A stretch of DNA of 64,000 nucleotides from an uncultured SAR86 cluster bacterium (GCA_902566305.1 CACFIK010000007.1:1691-65690); one strand, 5' to 3'; shown: positions 43,919 to 55,190, counted from the first letter of the stretch. The notes: a model not told the origin generated them from the letters alone. Numbers and translations: made by a program.

Positions 43919-44401
43919 TTATGATCTCCTTTCTGCAACCTGTTCCGGTGATTCAACGCTTGCTAATCCCTTCACAGTCGCTCTAACAACATTAATAGGA
44001 TTGGTTGAGCCATATGTTTTGGCTAAAACATCTTTTATGCCAGCTAACTCAAGGACAGCTCGCATCGCACCACCTGCAATGACTCCAGTACCAGGAGAAG
44101 CCGGTTGCATATAAACAGTGGAACTTCCATGAGTTGATTTAACTGGGTAATGGAGAGTAGAACCTTTAAGTTCAATCTTGATCATATTTTTTCTTGCATT
44201 TTCTAATGCTTTTTGAATAGCCATAGGAACTTCTCTGGCTTTTCCTCTTCCGAAACCAACCTTGCCTGCTCCATCTCCTACGACGGTAAGAGCTGTGAAC
44301 CCAAAGATTCTTCCACCTTTTACAACTTTTGCTACTCTATTAACTCCTACAAGTTTTTCTTCTAGAGCTTCGTTACTAAACTGATCTATATTTTCTTCCA
44401 T
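43919..44401 (-). CDS. rpsE: 30S ribosomal protein S5
   Basis: [25 protein letters not shown] motif. Confidence 0.97.
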   Translation of the reverse strand: MEENIDQFSNEALEEKLVGVNRVAKVVKGGRIFGFTALTVVGDGAGKVGFGRGKAREVPMAIQKALENARKNMIKIELKGSTLHYPVKSTHGSSTVYMQPASPGTGVIAGGAMRAVLELAGIKDVLAKTYGSTNPINVVRATVKGLASVESPEQVAERRS

Positions 44402-44407
44402 AATTCC

Positions 44408-44758
44408 TCAAAATTCTAAGCCTGCTTCACGCGCTGATTCAGCAAGACTCTTTACACGACCATGATATTTATATCCCGATCTATCAAACGTAACCTTTTT
44501 AATGCCTTTCTCGATAGCTCTTTTAGCAACCAATTCTCCAACTTTTTTTGCAGCTTCTTGATTTCCACCTTTATCAAGTTTTGCTTCTTTATCTGCAGAA
44601 GAAGCATACGCAAGCACTTCTTTTCCATCAGGAGAAAAGACCTGAGCATAAATCTGATTGTTGGATCTAAAAATAGATAACCTATGATTACTCAATTCTT
44701 TAGTCTTAGATCTAAGTTTTCTAGATCTTCTTTGTCTTGCGGTAAATTTATCACTCAT
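44408..44758 (-). CDS. rplR: 50S ribosomal protein L18
   Basis: [15 protein letters not shown] and [26 protein letters not shown]. Confidence 0.97.
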   Translation of the reverse strand: MSDKFTARQRRSRKLRSKTKELSNHRLSIFRSNNQIYAQVFSPDGKEVLAYASSADKEAKLDKGGNQEAAKKVGELVAKRAIEKGIKKVTFDRSGYKYHGRVKSLAESAREAGLEF

Positions 44759-44760
44759 GC

Positions 44761-45294
44761 TTAAGCCTTCTTAGATTCTTTACGTTTGATTCTTTCTTCG
44801 GCATATTTAACACCTTTTCCTTTGTAAGGTTCTGGAGGTCTAAATGATCTAATTTTTGCAGCAGTTTCTCCTAAAAGTTGCTTATTAGCTGACTTTAAAA
44901 TAACTTCAGTTTGAGATGGTACGTCGGCGTTTACCCCTTCAGGTAGTTGGTAAATTACTGGATGAGAGAACCCTAGTGAGAGTTCCAATTTATCTCCAGA
45001 AAGCTTTGCTCTGTAGCCAACACCATTAATTTCTAATTTTTTTTCGAAACCGTCTGAAACTCCTTTAATCATATTTATTGCTAAAGCCCTCATTGTCCCT
45101 ACCATTGCGATAGATTCCTTTGTTTCTTCTTTAGGAGAAAATAGTAGTTCTTTCTCGGGAGTGGTAGCCATTACTGAAGGATGAATAGACATAGACAAGT
45201 CTCCATTCTTGCCCGAAACTTTAAGTAAGTTTTCAGCAAGGGATATTTCTATACCTTCTTGAATTGGAATTGGTCTCTCAGTGTTTCTAGCCAT
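44761..45294 (-). CDS. rplF: 50S ribosomal protein L6
   Basis: 177 aa. [10 protein letters not shown] and [11 protein letters not shown] motifs. Confidence 0.96.
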   Translation of the reverse strand: MARNTERPIPIQEGIEISLAENLLKVSGKNGDLSMSIHPSVMATTPEKELLFSPKEETKESIAMVGTMRALAINMIKGVSDGFEKKLEINGVGYRAKLSGDKLELSLGFSHPVIYQLPEGVNADVPSQTEVILKSANKQLLGETAAKIRSFRPPEPYKGKGVKYAEERIKRKESKKA

Positions 45295-45296
45295 AA

Positions 45297-45692
45297 TTAA
45301 AATACAGTGCAGATTAATTCTCCGCCTACCCCATGTTCTCTTGCTTCTTTGTCTGTCAAAACTCCTTTACTTGTTGTAATGATTCCAACCCCTAAACCAT
45401 TTCTTACAGAAGGAATTTCTTTTGATGAAAAGTATTTTCTTAATCCAGGTTTGCTTATCCTTTTCAATTCTTTGATAACCGGCGATTCTTGATGGTATTT
45501 GAGGGAAACTAAAATAGTTTTTTTACTCTCCTCGCCCTCAATCTTAAAAGATGATATGAATCCTTCTTTCTCTAATACTGAGCAAATGGCGTTTTTAATT
45601 TTGGAAGATGAAAAGCTTACCGTTGCATGCCCTCTAGCTTGAGCATTCATCACTCTAGAAATCATGTCGGAAATTGGATCTTGCATACTCAT
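45297..45692 (-). CDS. rpsH: 30S ribosomal protein S8
   Basis: MSMQDPISDMISRVMNAQ N-terminus and C-terminal GGELICTVF. Confidence 0.97.
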   Translation of the reverse strand: MSMQDPISDMISRVMNAQARGHATVSFSSSKIKNAICSVLEKEGFISSFKIEGEESKKTILVSLKYHQESPVIKELKRISKPGLRKYFSSKEIPSVRNGLGVGIITTSKGVLTDKEAREHGVGGELICTVF

Positions 45693-45701
45693 TGATAACC
45701 T

Positions 45702-46007
45702 CTACCAACTTGATTTAACTAATCCTGGAACATCTCCATTCATAGCCAATTCTCTTAATTTATTTCTTGAAAGGCCAAACCTTCTGTAAACAGCATGCGG
45801 TCTTCCAGTTATTTGACATCTTCTTTGGAGACGAACAGGACTTGCATCTCTTGGAAGTTTTTGAAGTTTTAATCTTGCCTCATATCTTTCTTCATCAGAT
45901 AGATTCATGTCTGAGATAACTTTTTTAAGCTCCTCTCTCTTTTTTGCAAACTTTTGAACCATCTTGATTCTTTTGTTCTCTCTAGCAATCATTGAAACTT
46001 TAGCCAT
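45702..46007 (-). CDS. rpsN: 30S ribosomal protein S14 (long, non-zinc form)
   Basis: 101 aa. [14 protein letters not shown]-terminus and C-terminal [11 protein letters not shown]. Confidence 0.96.
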   Translation of the reverse strand: MAKVSMIARENKRIKMVQKFAKKREELKKVISDMNLSDEERYEARLKLQKLPRDASPVRLQRRCQITGRPHAVYRRFGLSRNKLRELAMNGDVPGLVKSSW

Positions 46008-46018
46008 AATTTTTACCT

Positions 46019-46561
46019 TTAACTTTTAAATGGGAAGTTTAATTTTGATAATAGGGCAAAACCTTCTTTATCATTATTGGCGGAGGTTGTAATACAAATA
46101 TCCATACCGCGTATTTTCTCTACTTTATCGTAATCAATTTCAGGGAAGATAATGTGTTCTTTTATTCCCAATGAGTAATTACCTTGACCGTCAAAAGATT
46201 TTGGATTCAATCCTCTAAAATCTCTTTCCCTTGGAATTGCTATAGACAATAACCTGTCTAAAAATTCATACATTCTGTTACCTCTTAAAGTAACTTTACA
46301 TCCAATTGGAAATCCTTCTCTTATTTTAAAACTCGCTACCGACTTCCTGGCAAAAGTCTTTATTGGTTTTTGGCCTGCTATTAATTCAAGATCTGCAATT
46401 GCATCATCAACTGATTTTCGATTATTCAATGCATCCGGTCCTAACCCCATATTTACTGTGACCTTTGTAATTTTGGGAACAGCCATGGAGCTTTTTACGC
46501 CTAACTCATCTTTAAGTGAACTAACGACGTTATCCTGATAATTTGTTTTAGTAATAGACAT
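46019..46561 (-). CDS. rplE: 50S ribosomal protein L5
   Basis: [14 protein letters not shown] and [11 protein letters not shown] motifs. Confidence 0.97.
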   Translation of the reverse strand: MSITKTNYQDNVVSSLKDELGVKSSMAVPKITKVTVNMGLGPDALNNRKSVDDAIADLELIAGQKPIKTFARKSVASFKIREGFPIGCKVTLRGNRMYEFLDRLLSIAIPRERDFRGLNPKSFDGQGNYSLGIKEHIIFPEIDYDKVEKIRGMDICITTSANNDKEGFALLSKLNFPFKS

Positions 46562-46563
46562 TG

Positions 46564-46875
46564 CTATTTAACTTCCTTATTTGTTGATTTTGAAACTCTA
46601 ATCTTTCCTTTTTTCTCATCTGAATTAATTAGTAATTTATCTCTCTTTTTTGTACTACTATTGTAAAAAGCAATATTGGATATGTTGATAAAGGATTCCT
46701 TTTCAATAATCCCTCCGGGTTCATTGATTTGAGGGTTTGGTTTTACATGTTTTTTTACAAGTTTTATTCCAGAGACTAAACATCTATCACCTTTAATTTT
46801 AGTTAGAGTTCCAGTTTTTCCTTTATCTTTTCCAGAAATCACAATTACTTCATCACCGGTTCTTAATTTATTCAT
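46564..46875 (-). CDS. rplX: 50S ribosomal protein L24
   Basis: [22 protein letters not shown] motif. Confidence 0.96.
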   Translation of the reverse strand: MNKLRTGDEVIVISGKDKGKTGTLTKIKGDRCLVSGIKLVKKHVKPNPQINEPGGIIEKESFINISNIAFYNSSTKKRDKLLINSDEKKGKIRVSKSTNKEVK

Positions 46876-47243
46876 TAGATTACCTCTGGTGCTAGAGAAA
46901 TTATTTTCATAAAATTATTTGATCTCAATTCTCTGGAAACAGGACCAAAAATCCTAGTTCCAATTGGTTGTTGCTGGTTATTTATGAGCACTGCTGCATT
47001 GTCATCAAATCTAACGATTGATCCATCCTCTCTGCGAATATCCTTTTTAGTTCTGACAACAACTGCATCTGCAACTTGGCCTTTCTTAACCCTACCTGTT
47101 GGGATGGCTTCTTTAATTGCCACTTTGATAACGTCGCCAACTCTTGCGTAACGTCTTTTAGATCCACCAAGCACTTTGATACACATCACTTTTCGGGCGC
47201 CGCTGTTATCAGCAACTTCTAAAATAGTTTCTGTTTGAATCAT
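46875..47243 (-). CDS. rplN: 50S ribosomal protein L14
   Basis: [28 protein letters not shown]-terminus. Confidence 0.98.
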   Translation of the reverse strand: MIQTETILEVADNSGARKVMCIKVLGGSKRRYARVGDVIKVAIKEAIPTGRVKKGQVADAVVVRTKKDIRREDGSIVRFDDNAAVLINNQQQPIGTRIFGPVSRELRSNNFMKIISLAPEVI

Positions 47244-47497
47244 GACTTACCCTCTTTGAGTATTTCTACCAAAGTCCACGATTTTGTTTTTGAAATTGGT
47301 CGACATTCTTTGATAGTTACTTTGTCCCCAAGAGAACAAACATTTGCTTCATCATGAAAACTTATCTTCGAGGATCTTCTAATTATTTTTCCTAATTTAG
47401 GGTGTTTAACTTTTCTGTCTATTTTTGCTACTGCTGTTTTGTCAGAGTTACAACTTACAACCATACCTGTCATTGTTCTTATTGCTTTATCAGACAT
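47240..47497 (-). CDS. rpsQ: 30S ribosomal protein S17
   Basis: [16 protein letters not shown] motif. Start set at the second ATG (47497, MSDKAIRT), which has AGAGGA 5 nt upstream; the track ORF begins 2 codons earlier at 47503. Confidence 0.95.
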   Translation of the reverse strand: MSDKAIRTMTGMVVSCNSDKTAVAKIDRKVKHPKLGKIIRRSSKISFHDEANVCSLGDKVTIKECRPISKTKSWTLVEILKEGKS

Positions 47498-47684
47498 TTG
47501 CATCCTCTTGTTGATTGAGTTGTTTAAGCGAAGTCAAAATTCTTGCAACAGCCTTTTTTTTCTCTTTTAAAAGGTGCGTCTGCTGAAGAGAAGCAGATGA
47601 ACTTTTAAGTTTAAGATCTAATAATTCAGATCTTGTTTTCTCTAGATCCTTCATTAAATTAGCGTGAGATGGATTTTTAGCCAT
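47490..47684 (-). CDS. rpmC: 50S ribosomal protein L29
   Basis: 64 aa helical protein between rplP and rpsQ. LLDLKLK...[13 protein letters not shown] pattern. Confidence 0.93.
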   Translation of the reverse strand: MAKNPSHANLMKDLEKTRSELLDLKLKSSSASLQQTHLLKEKKKAVARILTSLKQLNQQEDANV

Positions 47685-48097
47685 TAGATAACCTTCCTAG
47701 AGATAAATTGAGTTGAAACAGGAAGTTTTGCAGCTGCTAGAGAAAATGCCTCCCTAGCCAAAGCTTCGTCAACACCTTCCATTTCATAAAGAATTTTTCC
47801 AGGTTTAATTGGCGAAACCCAATATTCTACGTTTCCTTTTCCTTTTCCTTGCCTAACTTCAAGGGGTTTTTTGGTAATTGGTTTATCTGGAAAGATTCTA
47901 ATCCAGATTTTTGCTCCACGTTTTACATGCCTAGTCATTGCTCTTCTTGCAGCCTCAATTTGACGGGACGTAATTTGACCTCTTGATGTAGCTTTCAAAC
48001 CAAATGTACCGAAATCTAAAGAATTAGATCTCTGTGCAAGGCCTCGATTTCGACCTTTCATTTGCTTTCTATATTTAGTCCTTTTTGGCTGAAACAT
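47684..48097 (-). CDS. rplP: 50S ribosomal protein L16
   Basis: [20 protein letters not shown]-terminus. Confidence 0.98.
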   Translation of the reverse strand: MFQPKRTKYRKQMKGRNRGLAQRSNSLDFGTFGLKATSRGQITSRQIEAARRAMTRHVKRGAKIWIRIFPDKPITKKPLEVRQGKGKGNVEYWVSPIKPGKILYEMEGVDEALAREAFSLAAAKLPVSTQFISRKVI

Positions 48098-48756
48098 TAG
48101 CTATCCTTGTCTTTTTCTTTAATTTTTTTATCAATTAATTCGCCTCTGAATATCCATACCTTTACACCAATAATCCCGTAAGTAGTTTTTGCTTCGGCCA
48201 AGCCGTAATCAACATCTGCTCTTAATGTATGAAGAGGCACTCTCCCTTCTTTATGCCACTCAGATCTTGCAATTTCGGCTCCACCTAATCTACCTGAAAC
48301 TTTTATTTTCACGCCAAGCGCTCCCTGTCTCATGGTGTTTTGAGCTGCTCTCTTCATGACTCTTCGAAACATAGCCCTTTTTTCAAGTTGAAGCGCTATG
48401 TTTGCAGCAACTAGCTGAGCATCAAGATCAGGTTTTCTTATTTCTTGAATATTAAGGCTAACGGGTACATTCATGATTTGTGTTAGCTTCTCTCTTAATC
48501 GATCGATATCTTCGCCTCGTTTACCGATAATCATTCCAGGTCTTGCAGTATGGATTGTGACTTTTGCGCTTTGAGCGGGCCTTTCTATGTGTATTTTGCT
48601 AACAAATGCGTTATCAAGTTCTTTTTTTAGAAACTCTCTAACTTGAAAATCATTAAATAGGATCTCTCTATATTTATCTTTTTCAGCAAACCACACAGAG
48701 TTATGATCTCTGGAGATGCCTAGTCTGATTCCAATTGGATTAACTTTTTGTCCCAC
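48097..48756 (-). CDS. rpsC: 30S ribosomal protein S3
   Basis: [14 protein letters not shown]-terminus and KH domain [11 protein letters not shown]. Confidence 0.98.
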   Translation of the reverse strand: MGQKVNPIGIRLGISRDHNSVWFAEKDKYREILFNDFQVREFLKKELDNAFVSKIHIERPAQSAKVTIHTARPGMIIGKRGEDIDRLREKLTQIMNVPVSLNIQEIRKPDLDAQLVAANIALQLEKRAMFRRVMKRAAQNTMRQGALGVKIKVSGRLGGAEIARSEWHKEGRVPLHTLRADVDYGLAEAKTTYGIIGVKVWIFRGELIDKKIKEKDKDS

Positions 48757-48765
48757 TTATTCTCC

Positions 48766-49098
48766 TTAATTGCTTAGTTTTAGGTTTATATGACATGTCT
48801 TTTTTTCAATCCGATCTGCCCTTCCTCGAGCTCTTGCCCTTATTCTTTTCATGATCAAGGCTTCATCAACAGAAATGTGGCTGACAAACAAAGTATCGAT
48901 ATCTAGACCGTAATTATTTTCTGCAGAAGAAATAGCTGAATCCAAAAGTTTTTTTAAATTTCTAGAACCAGACTTTGGACTAAAAGTAAGAATATCCAAT
49001 GCTTCATCAACTTTTTTACCGCGAATTTGATCTGCCAATAGTCTTATCTTTGAAGCTGAAGACTTAAATCTGGATAATTTTGCTGATACTTCTGTCAT
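48766..49098 (-). CDS. rplV: 50S ribosomal protein L22
   Basis: 110 aa. [21 protein letters not shown] and [15 protein letters not shown]. Confidence 0.97.
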   Translation of the reverse strand: MTEVSAKLSRFKSSASKIRLLADQIRGKKVDEALDILTFSPKSGSRNLKKLLDSAISSAENNYGLDIDTLFVSHISVDEALIMKRIRARARGRADRIEKKTCHINLKLSN

Positions 49099-49367
49099 TA
49101 AGCTTTCCTATCGCCTGAGTGTTGTTTAAAAGTTCTAGTAGGAACAAATTCACCTAACTTATGTCCTACCATGTCCTCTTGAATGAATATAGGTACGTGT
49201 TGCCTGCCGTTATGGATGGAGATTGTTAAACCGACCATTTCTGGAGAAATCATAGACCTTCTGGACCATGTTTTGATAGGTCTCTTATCTTTGGACTCAA
49301 CAGCTTTTGAGACTTTATCCATCAAATGATGATCGATAAATGGACCTTTTTTTATTGAGCGTGGCAT
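49098..49367 (-). CDS. rpsS: 30S ribosomal protein S19
   Basis: [15 protein letters not shown] and [23 protein letters not shown]. Confidence 0.98.
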   Translation of the reverse strand: MPRSIKKGPFIDHHLMDKVSKAVESKDKRPIKTWSRRSMISPEMVGLTISIHNGRQHVPIFIQEDMVGHKLGEFVPTRTFKQHSGDRKA

Positions 49368-49369
49368 TT

Positions 49370-50194
49370 CTATTTCTTCCTTCTTCTGATGATTTGTTTA
49401 TCTGTTCTCTTGTTGCTTCTTGTTCTGTAGCCTTTCGTGGGAACTCCCCAAGGTGATACTGGATGCCTACCTCCAGAAGTTCTTCCTTCTCCTCCACCAT
49501 GCGGATGATCTATAGGGTTCATTGCAACACCTCTAACGGTGGGCCTAACTCCTAACCATCTTTTTGCTCCTGCTTTACCAATAGATTTTAAAGAATGCTC
49601 AGAATTAGACACTGTTCCAAGAACAGCCCTACATTCGACGGGCACTCTTCTTACCTCTCCACTTTTCATTCTTAGGGTTGCTGTATTTCCTTCTTTTGCA
49701 ACAAATTGAACATAGGATCCAGCACTTCTTGCTATTTGAGCACCTTTTTTCGGTTTGAGCTCCACGCAATGAATAGTAGAACCTACAGGGATAGAATTAA
49801 GATCAAGAGCATTCCCTACTTTGATTGGAGAGTCGTTACCAGATTGAACCGTATCACCTTGTTTGAGCCCGGAAGGAGCAATAATGTATCTTCGTTCACC
49901 ATCTGAATATAACAATAAAGCTATGTGAGCTGATCTATTAGGATCGTATTCAATTCTTTCTACATTTGCGGGTATCCCGTCTTTTGTTCTTTTAAAGTCA
50001 ATGATTCTGTAATGTTGTTTATGTCCACCACCTTGATGTCTTACAGTTATTCTTCCCCTATTGTTTCTTCCACCATTTTTACTTTTTGTAGCCAATAATG
50101 GTGCGTGAGGTTTACCTTTGTGAATATTCTGATCTACTTGGAAGCTTCTAAATCTTCTTCCCGCAGATGTTGGTTTTGCTCTAACTACAGTCAT
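49370..50194 (-). CDS. rplB: 50S ribosomal protein L2
   Basis: 274 aa. [18 protein letters not shown] and [14 protein letters not shown] motifs. Confidence 0.98.
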   Translation of the reverse strand: MTVVRAKPTSAGRRFRSFQVDQNIHKGKPHAPLLATKSKNGGRNNRGRITVRHQGGGHKQHYRIIDFKRTKDGIPANVERIEYDPNRSAHIALLLYSDGERRYIIAPSGLKQGDTVQSGNDSPIKVGNALDLNSIPVGSTIHCVELKPKKGAQIARSAGSYVQFVAKEGNTATLRMKSGEVRRVPVECRAVLGTVSNSEHSLKSIGKAGAKRWLGVRPTVRGVAMNPIDHPHGGGEGRTSGGRHPVSPWGVPTKGYRTRSNKRTDKQIIRRRKK

Positions 50195-50196
50195 TA

Positions 50197-50493
50197 TTAT
50201 TCAATTGATAAATCTATTTGATTGCCTTCTTTAAGAAATACATAAGCTTTCTTCCAATCACTTTTTTTTCTAATTTTATTCTTCAGTGTTCTTTTTGTTT
50301 TGCCTTTGACATTCACAATATTTACTTTTTCAACTTCAACTTTATATAAAGATTCTATTGCTTTTTTTACTTGAAGCTTGTTAGCTGAGGAAGAAACTTT
50401 AAAAACGTAACTATTTGCATTTTGAATAGCTAAAGAAGCTTTCTCAGAAAGATGAGATGAATTTAATACTTTTAATGGGTGCAATTGACTCAT
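50197..50493 (-). CDS. rplW: 50S ribosomal protein L23
   Basis: 98 aa. [28 protein letters not shown] pattern. Position between rplD and rplB. Confidence 0.95.
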   Translation of the reverse strand: MSQLHPLKVLNSSHLSEKASLAIQNANSYVFKVSSSANKLQVKKAIESLYKVEVEKVNIVNVKGKTKRTLKNKIRKKSDWKKAYVFLKEGNQIDLSIE

Positions 50494-51095
50494 GAATATG
50501 CCCCTATAATTTTTTCTAAAGATTTATCTGTGAGTAAGATTTTTTCATGTGAAATTAAATCTACTGGATTGATTTGATCAGCTGTAGTGATATCTATATT
50601 TTTTAAATTCCTAGAAGCTAAATGAAGATTTTCAGAAATCTCATCTAAAATTATCGTCATAGAAGAGGTCTCAAATGGAGAGATTAATTCTAAAAATTTT
50701 TTTGTTTTTGGTTCATCTAAAGAAAAATCTTTTACCATGATTATTCTTTCTTCTTTGGCTAATTTGGATAGGATGGATTTAATCCCATTTTTGAACATCT
50801 TTTTGTTTATTTTTTTCTTTGTAAGTTGGGGTCTAGCAGCAAATGTAACACCACCTGATCTCCAAATCGGTCCACGAGTTGTTCCAGCTCTTGCTCTACC
50901 GGTTCCTTTTTGTCTCCAAGGTTTTTTTCCACCCCCGCTGACATCAGATCTATTTTTTTGAGCTTTAGTGCCGCTATGATTATTTGAAATTACAGTATTA
51001 ACTAATTGATGAATAAGATCCTCATTAAAATCTTGTTCAAATATAGTCTCAGGCAATTCTGCTGCTGTTTTTTCTTTGTAATAAGTTAACTGCAT
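50490..51095 (-). CDS. rplD: 50S ribosomal protein L4
   Basis: GGGKKPWRQKGTGRARAGTTRGPIWRSGG motif. Confidence 0.97.
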   Translation of the reverse strand: MQLTYYKEKTAAELPETIFEQDFNEDLIHQLVNTVISNNHSGTKAQKNRSDVSGGGKKPWRQKGTGRARAGTTRGPIWRSGGVTFAARPQLTKKKINKKMFKNGIKSILSKLAKEERIIMVKDFSLDEPKTKKFLELISPFETSSMTIILDEISENLHLASRNLKNIDITTADQINPVDLISHEKILLTDKSLEKIIGAYS

Positions 51096-51100
51096 GGTTA

Positions 51101-51736
51101 TTAGTTTTTAATTGCTGGCTTTATGATGACGGGCGAACCTTTAGAACCAGGTAAAGCACCTTTTACTAATATAAGATTATTTTCTGCATCAATTTTTTGT
51201 ATTTGTAAATTCTGTGTTGTTTGACGGGTGTTTCCTAGGTGACCTGCCATCTTTTTTCCTTTCCAAACTCTTCCAGGAGTTTGACATTGACCAATAGAAC
51301 CAGGTTTCCTATGCGCTAAAGAATTTCCATGTGTTGCATCTTGTGTTGCAAAATTCCAACGTTTGACCGTACCCGCAAAGCCTTTCCCTTTGGTTGTACC
51401 GGTAACGTCGATAATCTGACCCTCTTCAAACATGTTTAATTCCAATGATTGACCAAGTTCAATATTTTCTAAGTCTGATTCTTGGATTCGGAATTCTTTA
51501 ATTGTTTTTGCTGAGGGAGTGTTTGATTTATTGAGATGGGCTTTTTCGGGTTTTGTGAGATGTTTTTCTTTTTTGGTTCCGGTAGATATTTGTACTGATG
51601 AGTAACCTTCTGAATCAATTTTTTTGATTTGGGTCACAACATTGGAGTCGATTTTTACCACAGTAACAGGCACGGAATTTCCATCTTCTGTGAAAACCCG
51701 GGACATGCCTTCTTTTATGCCTATCAATCCAATCAT
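51101..51736 (-). CDS. rplC: 50S ribosomal protein L3
   Basis: MIGLIGIKEGMSRVF N-terminus and KGKGFAGTVKRWNF motif. Confidence 0.98.
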   Translation of the reverse strand: MIGLIGIKEGMSRVFTEDGNSVPVTVVKIDSNVVTQIKKIDSEGYSSVQISTGTKKEKHLTKPEKAHLNKSNTPSAKTIKEFRIQESDLENIELGQSLELNMFEEGQIIDVTGTTKGKGFAGTVKRWNFATQDATHGNSLAHRKPGSIGQCQTPGRVWKGKKMAGHLGNTRQTTQNLQIQKIDAENNLILVKGALPGSKGSPVIIKPAIKN

Positions 51737-51741
51737 CTTAT

Positions 51742-52065
51742 TTATTTACTTAACTCATCTAGTGAGATTTGAACGTCAACCCCAGCGGAAAGATCAAGCT
51801 TCATTAAAGCATCGACAGTTTTTTCAGTGGGCTTGATGATATCCATCACTCTTTTATAGGTTCTAATTTCATATTGATCTCTTGCATCTTTATCCTTATG
51901 CGGCGAGATTAATACAGTAGTGCGACTTTTTTTGACAGGCATTGGTATTGGTCCTTTAACAACCGCGCCAGTTCTTTTAACAGTATCAACAATTTCTCTT
52001 GCCGATTTATCAATTAATTTATTGTCAAAAGCTTTGAGCCGAATTCTAATATTCTGGTCTTGCAA
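51742..52065 (-). CDS. rpsJ: 30S ribosomal protein S10
   Basis: IRIRLKAFD...[25 protein letters not shown]. Start placed at TTG 52065 ([10 protein letters not shown], colinear with E. coli MQNQRIRIRL), with GGAGG 5 nt upstream. The track ORF start at TTG 52077 lies inside that SD. Confidence 0.93.
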   Translation of the reverse strand: MQDQNIRIRLKAFDNKLIDKSAREIVDTVKRTGAVVKGPIPMPVKKSRTTVLISPHKDKDARDQYEIRTYKRVMDIIKPTEKTVDALMKLDLSAGVDVQISLDELSK

Positions 52066-52103
52066 ACCAACCTCCAAAAGTAATAAATATCTGTTAAAGA
52101 ACT

Positions 52104-52127
52104 AATCGATTTATCCTTAAATCGATT
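52104..52127 (-). promoter_or_regulatory. S10-operon leader hairpin (attenuator-like)
   Basis: Perfect 10-bp stem AATCGATTTA-AGGA-TAAATCGATT on the transcript, followed by AGTTCTTT. It lies between the predicted promoter and the rpsJ SD. Confidence 0.45.
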
Positions 52128-52151
52128 CATCCATCTCACGGACGAGCGGCA

Positions 52152-52180
52152 ATTCTATTGGGACATCGATGCGATGTCAA
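52152..52180 (-). promoter_or_regulatory. near-consensus sigma70 promoter for the S10 operon
   Basis: Minus strand reads TTGACA (52175..52180)-17 nt-TAGAAT (52152..52157), 9 nt downstream of the fusA stop. The inverted repeat GACATC-N5-GATGTC (52162..52178) overlaps the last four bases of the -35 hexamer and runs into the spacer. Confidence 0.55.
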
Positions 52181-52188
52181 CAAGCGTA

Positions 52189-54306
52189 TTAGCTTTTATT
52201 TATGATGGATTCTGCAACGTTATTGGGGACTTCAGCGTACTTTAGAGGCTCCATAGTAAACGTTGCTCTACCTTGAGTTGCAGATCTTAAATCAGTTGCA
52301 TAGCCAAACATTTCAGCGAGTGGGACTTCTCCATTGAGAGCCTTGCCAGATGGTATATCATTCATTCCTTGGACAATTCCTCTTCTTCTATTTAAATCTC
52401 CAACGACATCTCCCATGTATTCTTCTGGAGTCACAACTTCTAACTTCATAATCGGTTCAAGTAAAACCGGCTTGGCTCTCATAGCTCCATCTTTCAGAGC
52501 CTGTGAAGCAGCAACTTTAAAAGCTATCTCACTTGAATCTACATCATGGAAGGAACCATCATAGAGTGTTACTTTTACATCAATTAAGGGATAACCAGCA
52601 ATTACACCGGCTTCCATTTGCTCTTGGACGCCCTTGTCTACAGCTGGTATGAATTCTCTTGGAATGGTTCCACCAACTATTGAATTAACAAATTCATAGA
52701 TATCTTTATCTTCTTCTTCCGTCTCTTCGTGAACTAAGGGTTCAATTTTTATCCAAACGTGTCCGTATTGACCTTTACCACCCGATTGTCTTACAAACTT
52801 TCCTTCAGACTCAACCATTTGCCTAATTGTTTCTCTATAAGCTACCTGAGGCTTACCAATATTAGCTTCAACATCAAACTCTCGTTTCATCCTGTCAACG
52901 ATTACGTCTAAGTGAAGCTCTCCCATACCGGATATTATCGTTTGACCTGATTCTTCATCACTATTCACTCTAAAAGATGGATCCTCTTGAGCTAGCCTTC
53001 CTAAGGCGGTAGACATTTTTTCCTGATCTGTTTTAGTTTTTGGTTCAACGGCAACTGAAATCACTGGCTCTGGGAATGTCATCTTCTCCAAGATGATAGC
53101 CTTATCTCTATCGCAAAGAGTTTCTCCTGTGCTAACGTCCTTCAGACCTATTACAGCACATATATCACCTGCCCTTACTTCAGATATTTCTGTTCTATTG
53201 TTAGCGTGCATCTGCAACATCCTACCGATTCTTTCTTTGGATCTACGAGATGGTGAATAAACGGAATCTCCAGATGACAAAACACCTGAATAAACTCTTA
53301 TAAAGGTTAAGGTACCTACAAATGGATCTGTAGCAATCTTGAAAGCAAGGGCTGAGAATGGCTCCTCGTCGCTAGAAGATCTCTGATCTTCAGTTTCTTC
53401 ATCTTCCAAAACACCTTTAATAGCTTCAACCTCATCAGGAGATGGCAGATAATTGATTACCGCGTCTAGTACGCACTGAACTCCTTTGTTTTTAAATGCT
53501 GAACCACACAGACATAAAACTATTTCATTAGATAAGGTTCTTTGTCTAAGCCCTGAGATGATTTCTTCTTCAGTAAGATCTCCATTTTCGAGGTACTTAT
53601 CCATTAAATCTTCCGAAGCCTCAGCGGCAGATTCAAGCATCTGCTCTCTGTAATCTTCACACTCAGCTAACATCGATTCAGGAATATCTTCTTCCCTATA
53701 GGATTTCCCCATATCATCAAGGTCAAAATAAAGAGCTTTCATTGAAATTAAATCAACCATCCCTTCAAAGTCATCTTCAGCACCAATTGGTAGGTTGATA
53801 GGAACTGGTGAAGCGCCTAATCTATCTTTCATTTGCTGAACAACATTAAGAAAGTTTGCTCCAGCTCTGTCCATTTTGTTAATGAAAGCAATTCTAGGAA
53901 CCTTATAACGATTTGCTTGTCTCCAAACTGTTTCAGACTGAGGCTCAACTCCTGAGCTGCCGCAGAAGACAACAACTGCCCCATCCAACACTCTCAAAGA
54001 TCTTTCAACTTCAATAGTAAAATCTACGTGACCAGGGGTATCAATAATATTGATGCGATGTTCATCAAATTGTTGTTTCATTCCCTTCCAGAAACAAGTT
54101 GTAGCAGCTGATGTTATAGTAATACCTCTTTCTTGCTCCTGCTCCATCCAATCCATAGTCGCAGCACCATCATGGACTTCTCCAATTTTGTGAGAAATGC
54201 CTGTGTAGTAAAGAACCCTTTCTGTAGTGGTTGTTTTTCCGGCATCTACGTGGGCGCAGATACCGATGTTTCTATATAATTTAAGTGGAACTTTTCTGCC
54301 GCTCAT
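52189..54306 (-). CDS. fusA: translation elongation factor G
   Basis: 705 aa. [27 protein letters not shown]1 motif and DTPGHVDF. Confidence 0.98.
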   Translation of the reverse strand: MSGRKVPLKLYRNIGICAHVDAGKTTTTERVLYYTGISHKIGEVHDGAATMDWMEQEQERGITITSAATTCFWKGMKQQFDEHRINIIDTPGHVDFTIEVERSLRVLDGAVVVFCGSSGVEPQSETVWRQANRYKVPRIAFINKMDRAGANFLNVVQQMKDRLGASPVPINLPIGAEDDFEGMVDLISMKALYFDLDDMGKSYREEDIPESMLAECEDYREQMLESAAEASEDLMDKYLENGDLTEEEIISGLRQRTLSNEIVLCLCGSAFKNKGVQCVLDAVINYLPSPDEVEAIKGVLEDEETEDQRSSSDEEPFSALAFKIATDPFVGTLTFIRVYSGVLSSGDSVYSPSRRSKERIGRMLQMHANNRTEISEVRAGDICAVIGLKDVSTGETLCDRDKAIILEKMTFPEPVISVAVEPKTKTDQEKMSTALGRLAQEDPSFRVNSDEESGQTIISGMGELHLDVIVDRMKREFDVEANIGKPQVAYRETIRQMVESEGKFVRQSGGKGQYGHVWIKIEPLVHEETEEEDKDIYEFVNSIVGGTIPREFIPAVDKGVQEQMEAGVIAGYPLIDVKVTLYDGSFHDVDSSEIAFKVAASQALKDGAMRAKPVLLEPIMKLEVVTPEEYMGDVVGDLNRRRGIVQGMNDIPSGKALNGEVPLAEMFGYATDLRSATQGRATFTMEPLKYAEVPNNVAESIINKS

Positions 54307-54327
54307 ATTTAAATTGTGTTTATCTTC

Positions 54328-54798
54328 TTAAAATCTGAAATGTGAAAATGCCTTATTTGCATCAGCCATTTTGTGAGTATCTTGTCTCTTTTTGACAGCC
54401 TCTCCCCTGCCATCTGACGCGTCTAGTAATTCGTTAGCTAACTTGTCAGCCATTTTCTTTTCTGATCTTTTTTTCGCACTGGTCACTAACCATCTCATTG
54501 CAAGAGCCATTTTTCTGGAAGACTTTACTTCTATTGGAACTTGATAAGTTGCTCCACCTACTCTTCTGGATTTAACTTCAACTTGAGGTGCAACTTGGTC
54601 TAAAGCATCGTCAAATACTTTTAAAGGATCTTGTTTAGATTTGGCAGAGATTTGATCTAAAGCAGAGTACATTATTTTTTCAGCAACACTTTTTTTTCCA
54701 CGTTGCATAATCTGATTAATAAACTTTGCAACTTTAATGCTGTTAAATTTTGGATCAGCAAGTATGTCTCTTTTAGGAACTGGACCTTTTCTTGGCAT
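54328..54798 (-). CDS. rpsG: 30S ribosomal protein S7
   Basis: [19 protein letters not shown]-terminus and C-terminal [10 protein letters not shown]. Confidence 0.98.
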   Translation of the reverse strand: MPRKGPVPKRDILADPKFNSIKVAKFINQIMQRGKKSVAEKIMYSALDQISAKSKQDPLKVFDDALDQVAPQVEVKSRRVGGATYQVPIEVKSSRKMALAMRWLVTSAKKRSEKKMADKLANELLDASDGRGEAVKKRQDTHKMADANKAFSHFRF

Positions 54799-54807
54799 AT
54801 TTTTGAA

Positions 54808-55179
54808 TTATTTAGGTTTTTTGGATCCGTATTTAGATCTTCTTTGCTTTCTGTCATCAACTCCCGAAGTATCAAGAGTACCTCTGACGGTATGGTATCT
54901 AACACCGGGGAGGTCTTTTACTCTTCCACCTCTTAAAAGAACAACAGAGTGCTCTTGTAAGTTGTGACCTTCACCGCCAATGTAGGAAATAACTTCATAA
55001 CCTGATGTCAATCTGACTTTACAAACTTTTCTAAGAGCCGAATTAGGCTTCTTTGGAGTCGTAGTATAAACACGAGTGCAGACACCTCTTCTTTGTGGAC
55101 ATCTGTTTAAAGCTGGAACATCAGACTTTGCAGATTTGCTCTTCCTCGGTTTTTTTATAAGTTGATTAACAGTAGCCAT
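54808..55179 (-). CDS. rpsL: 30S ribosomal protein S12
   Basis: [12 protein letters not shown]...[27 protein letters not shown] is nearly identical to E. coli S12. Confidence 0.98.
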   Translation of the reverse strand: MATVNQLIKKPRKSKSAKSDVPALNRCPQRRGVCTRVYTTTPKKPNSALRKVCKVRLTSGYEVISYIGGEGHNLQEHSVVLLRGGRVKDLPGVRYHTVRGTLDTSGVDDRKQRRSKYGSKKPK

Positions 55180-55190
55180 TTTGGTGTGCG

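Noticed and set aside
44452-44649. Same-strand, out-of-frame ORFs nested in ribosomal, rpoB and EF genes (44452..44649 in rplR, 46982..47170 in rplN, 49315..49500 across rpsS/rplB, 54672..54905 across rpsG/rpsL, 63199..63414 in rpoB)
   Set aside because: These are alternative frames of highly conserved genes, K/L/E-rich as expected from AT-rich frame shifts. There is no independent start context or homology, so overlapping-gene status is unsupported.
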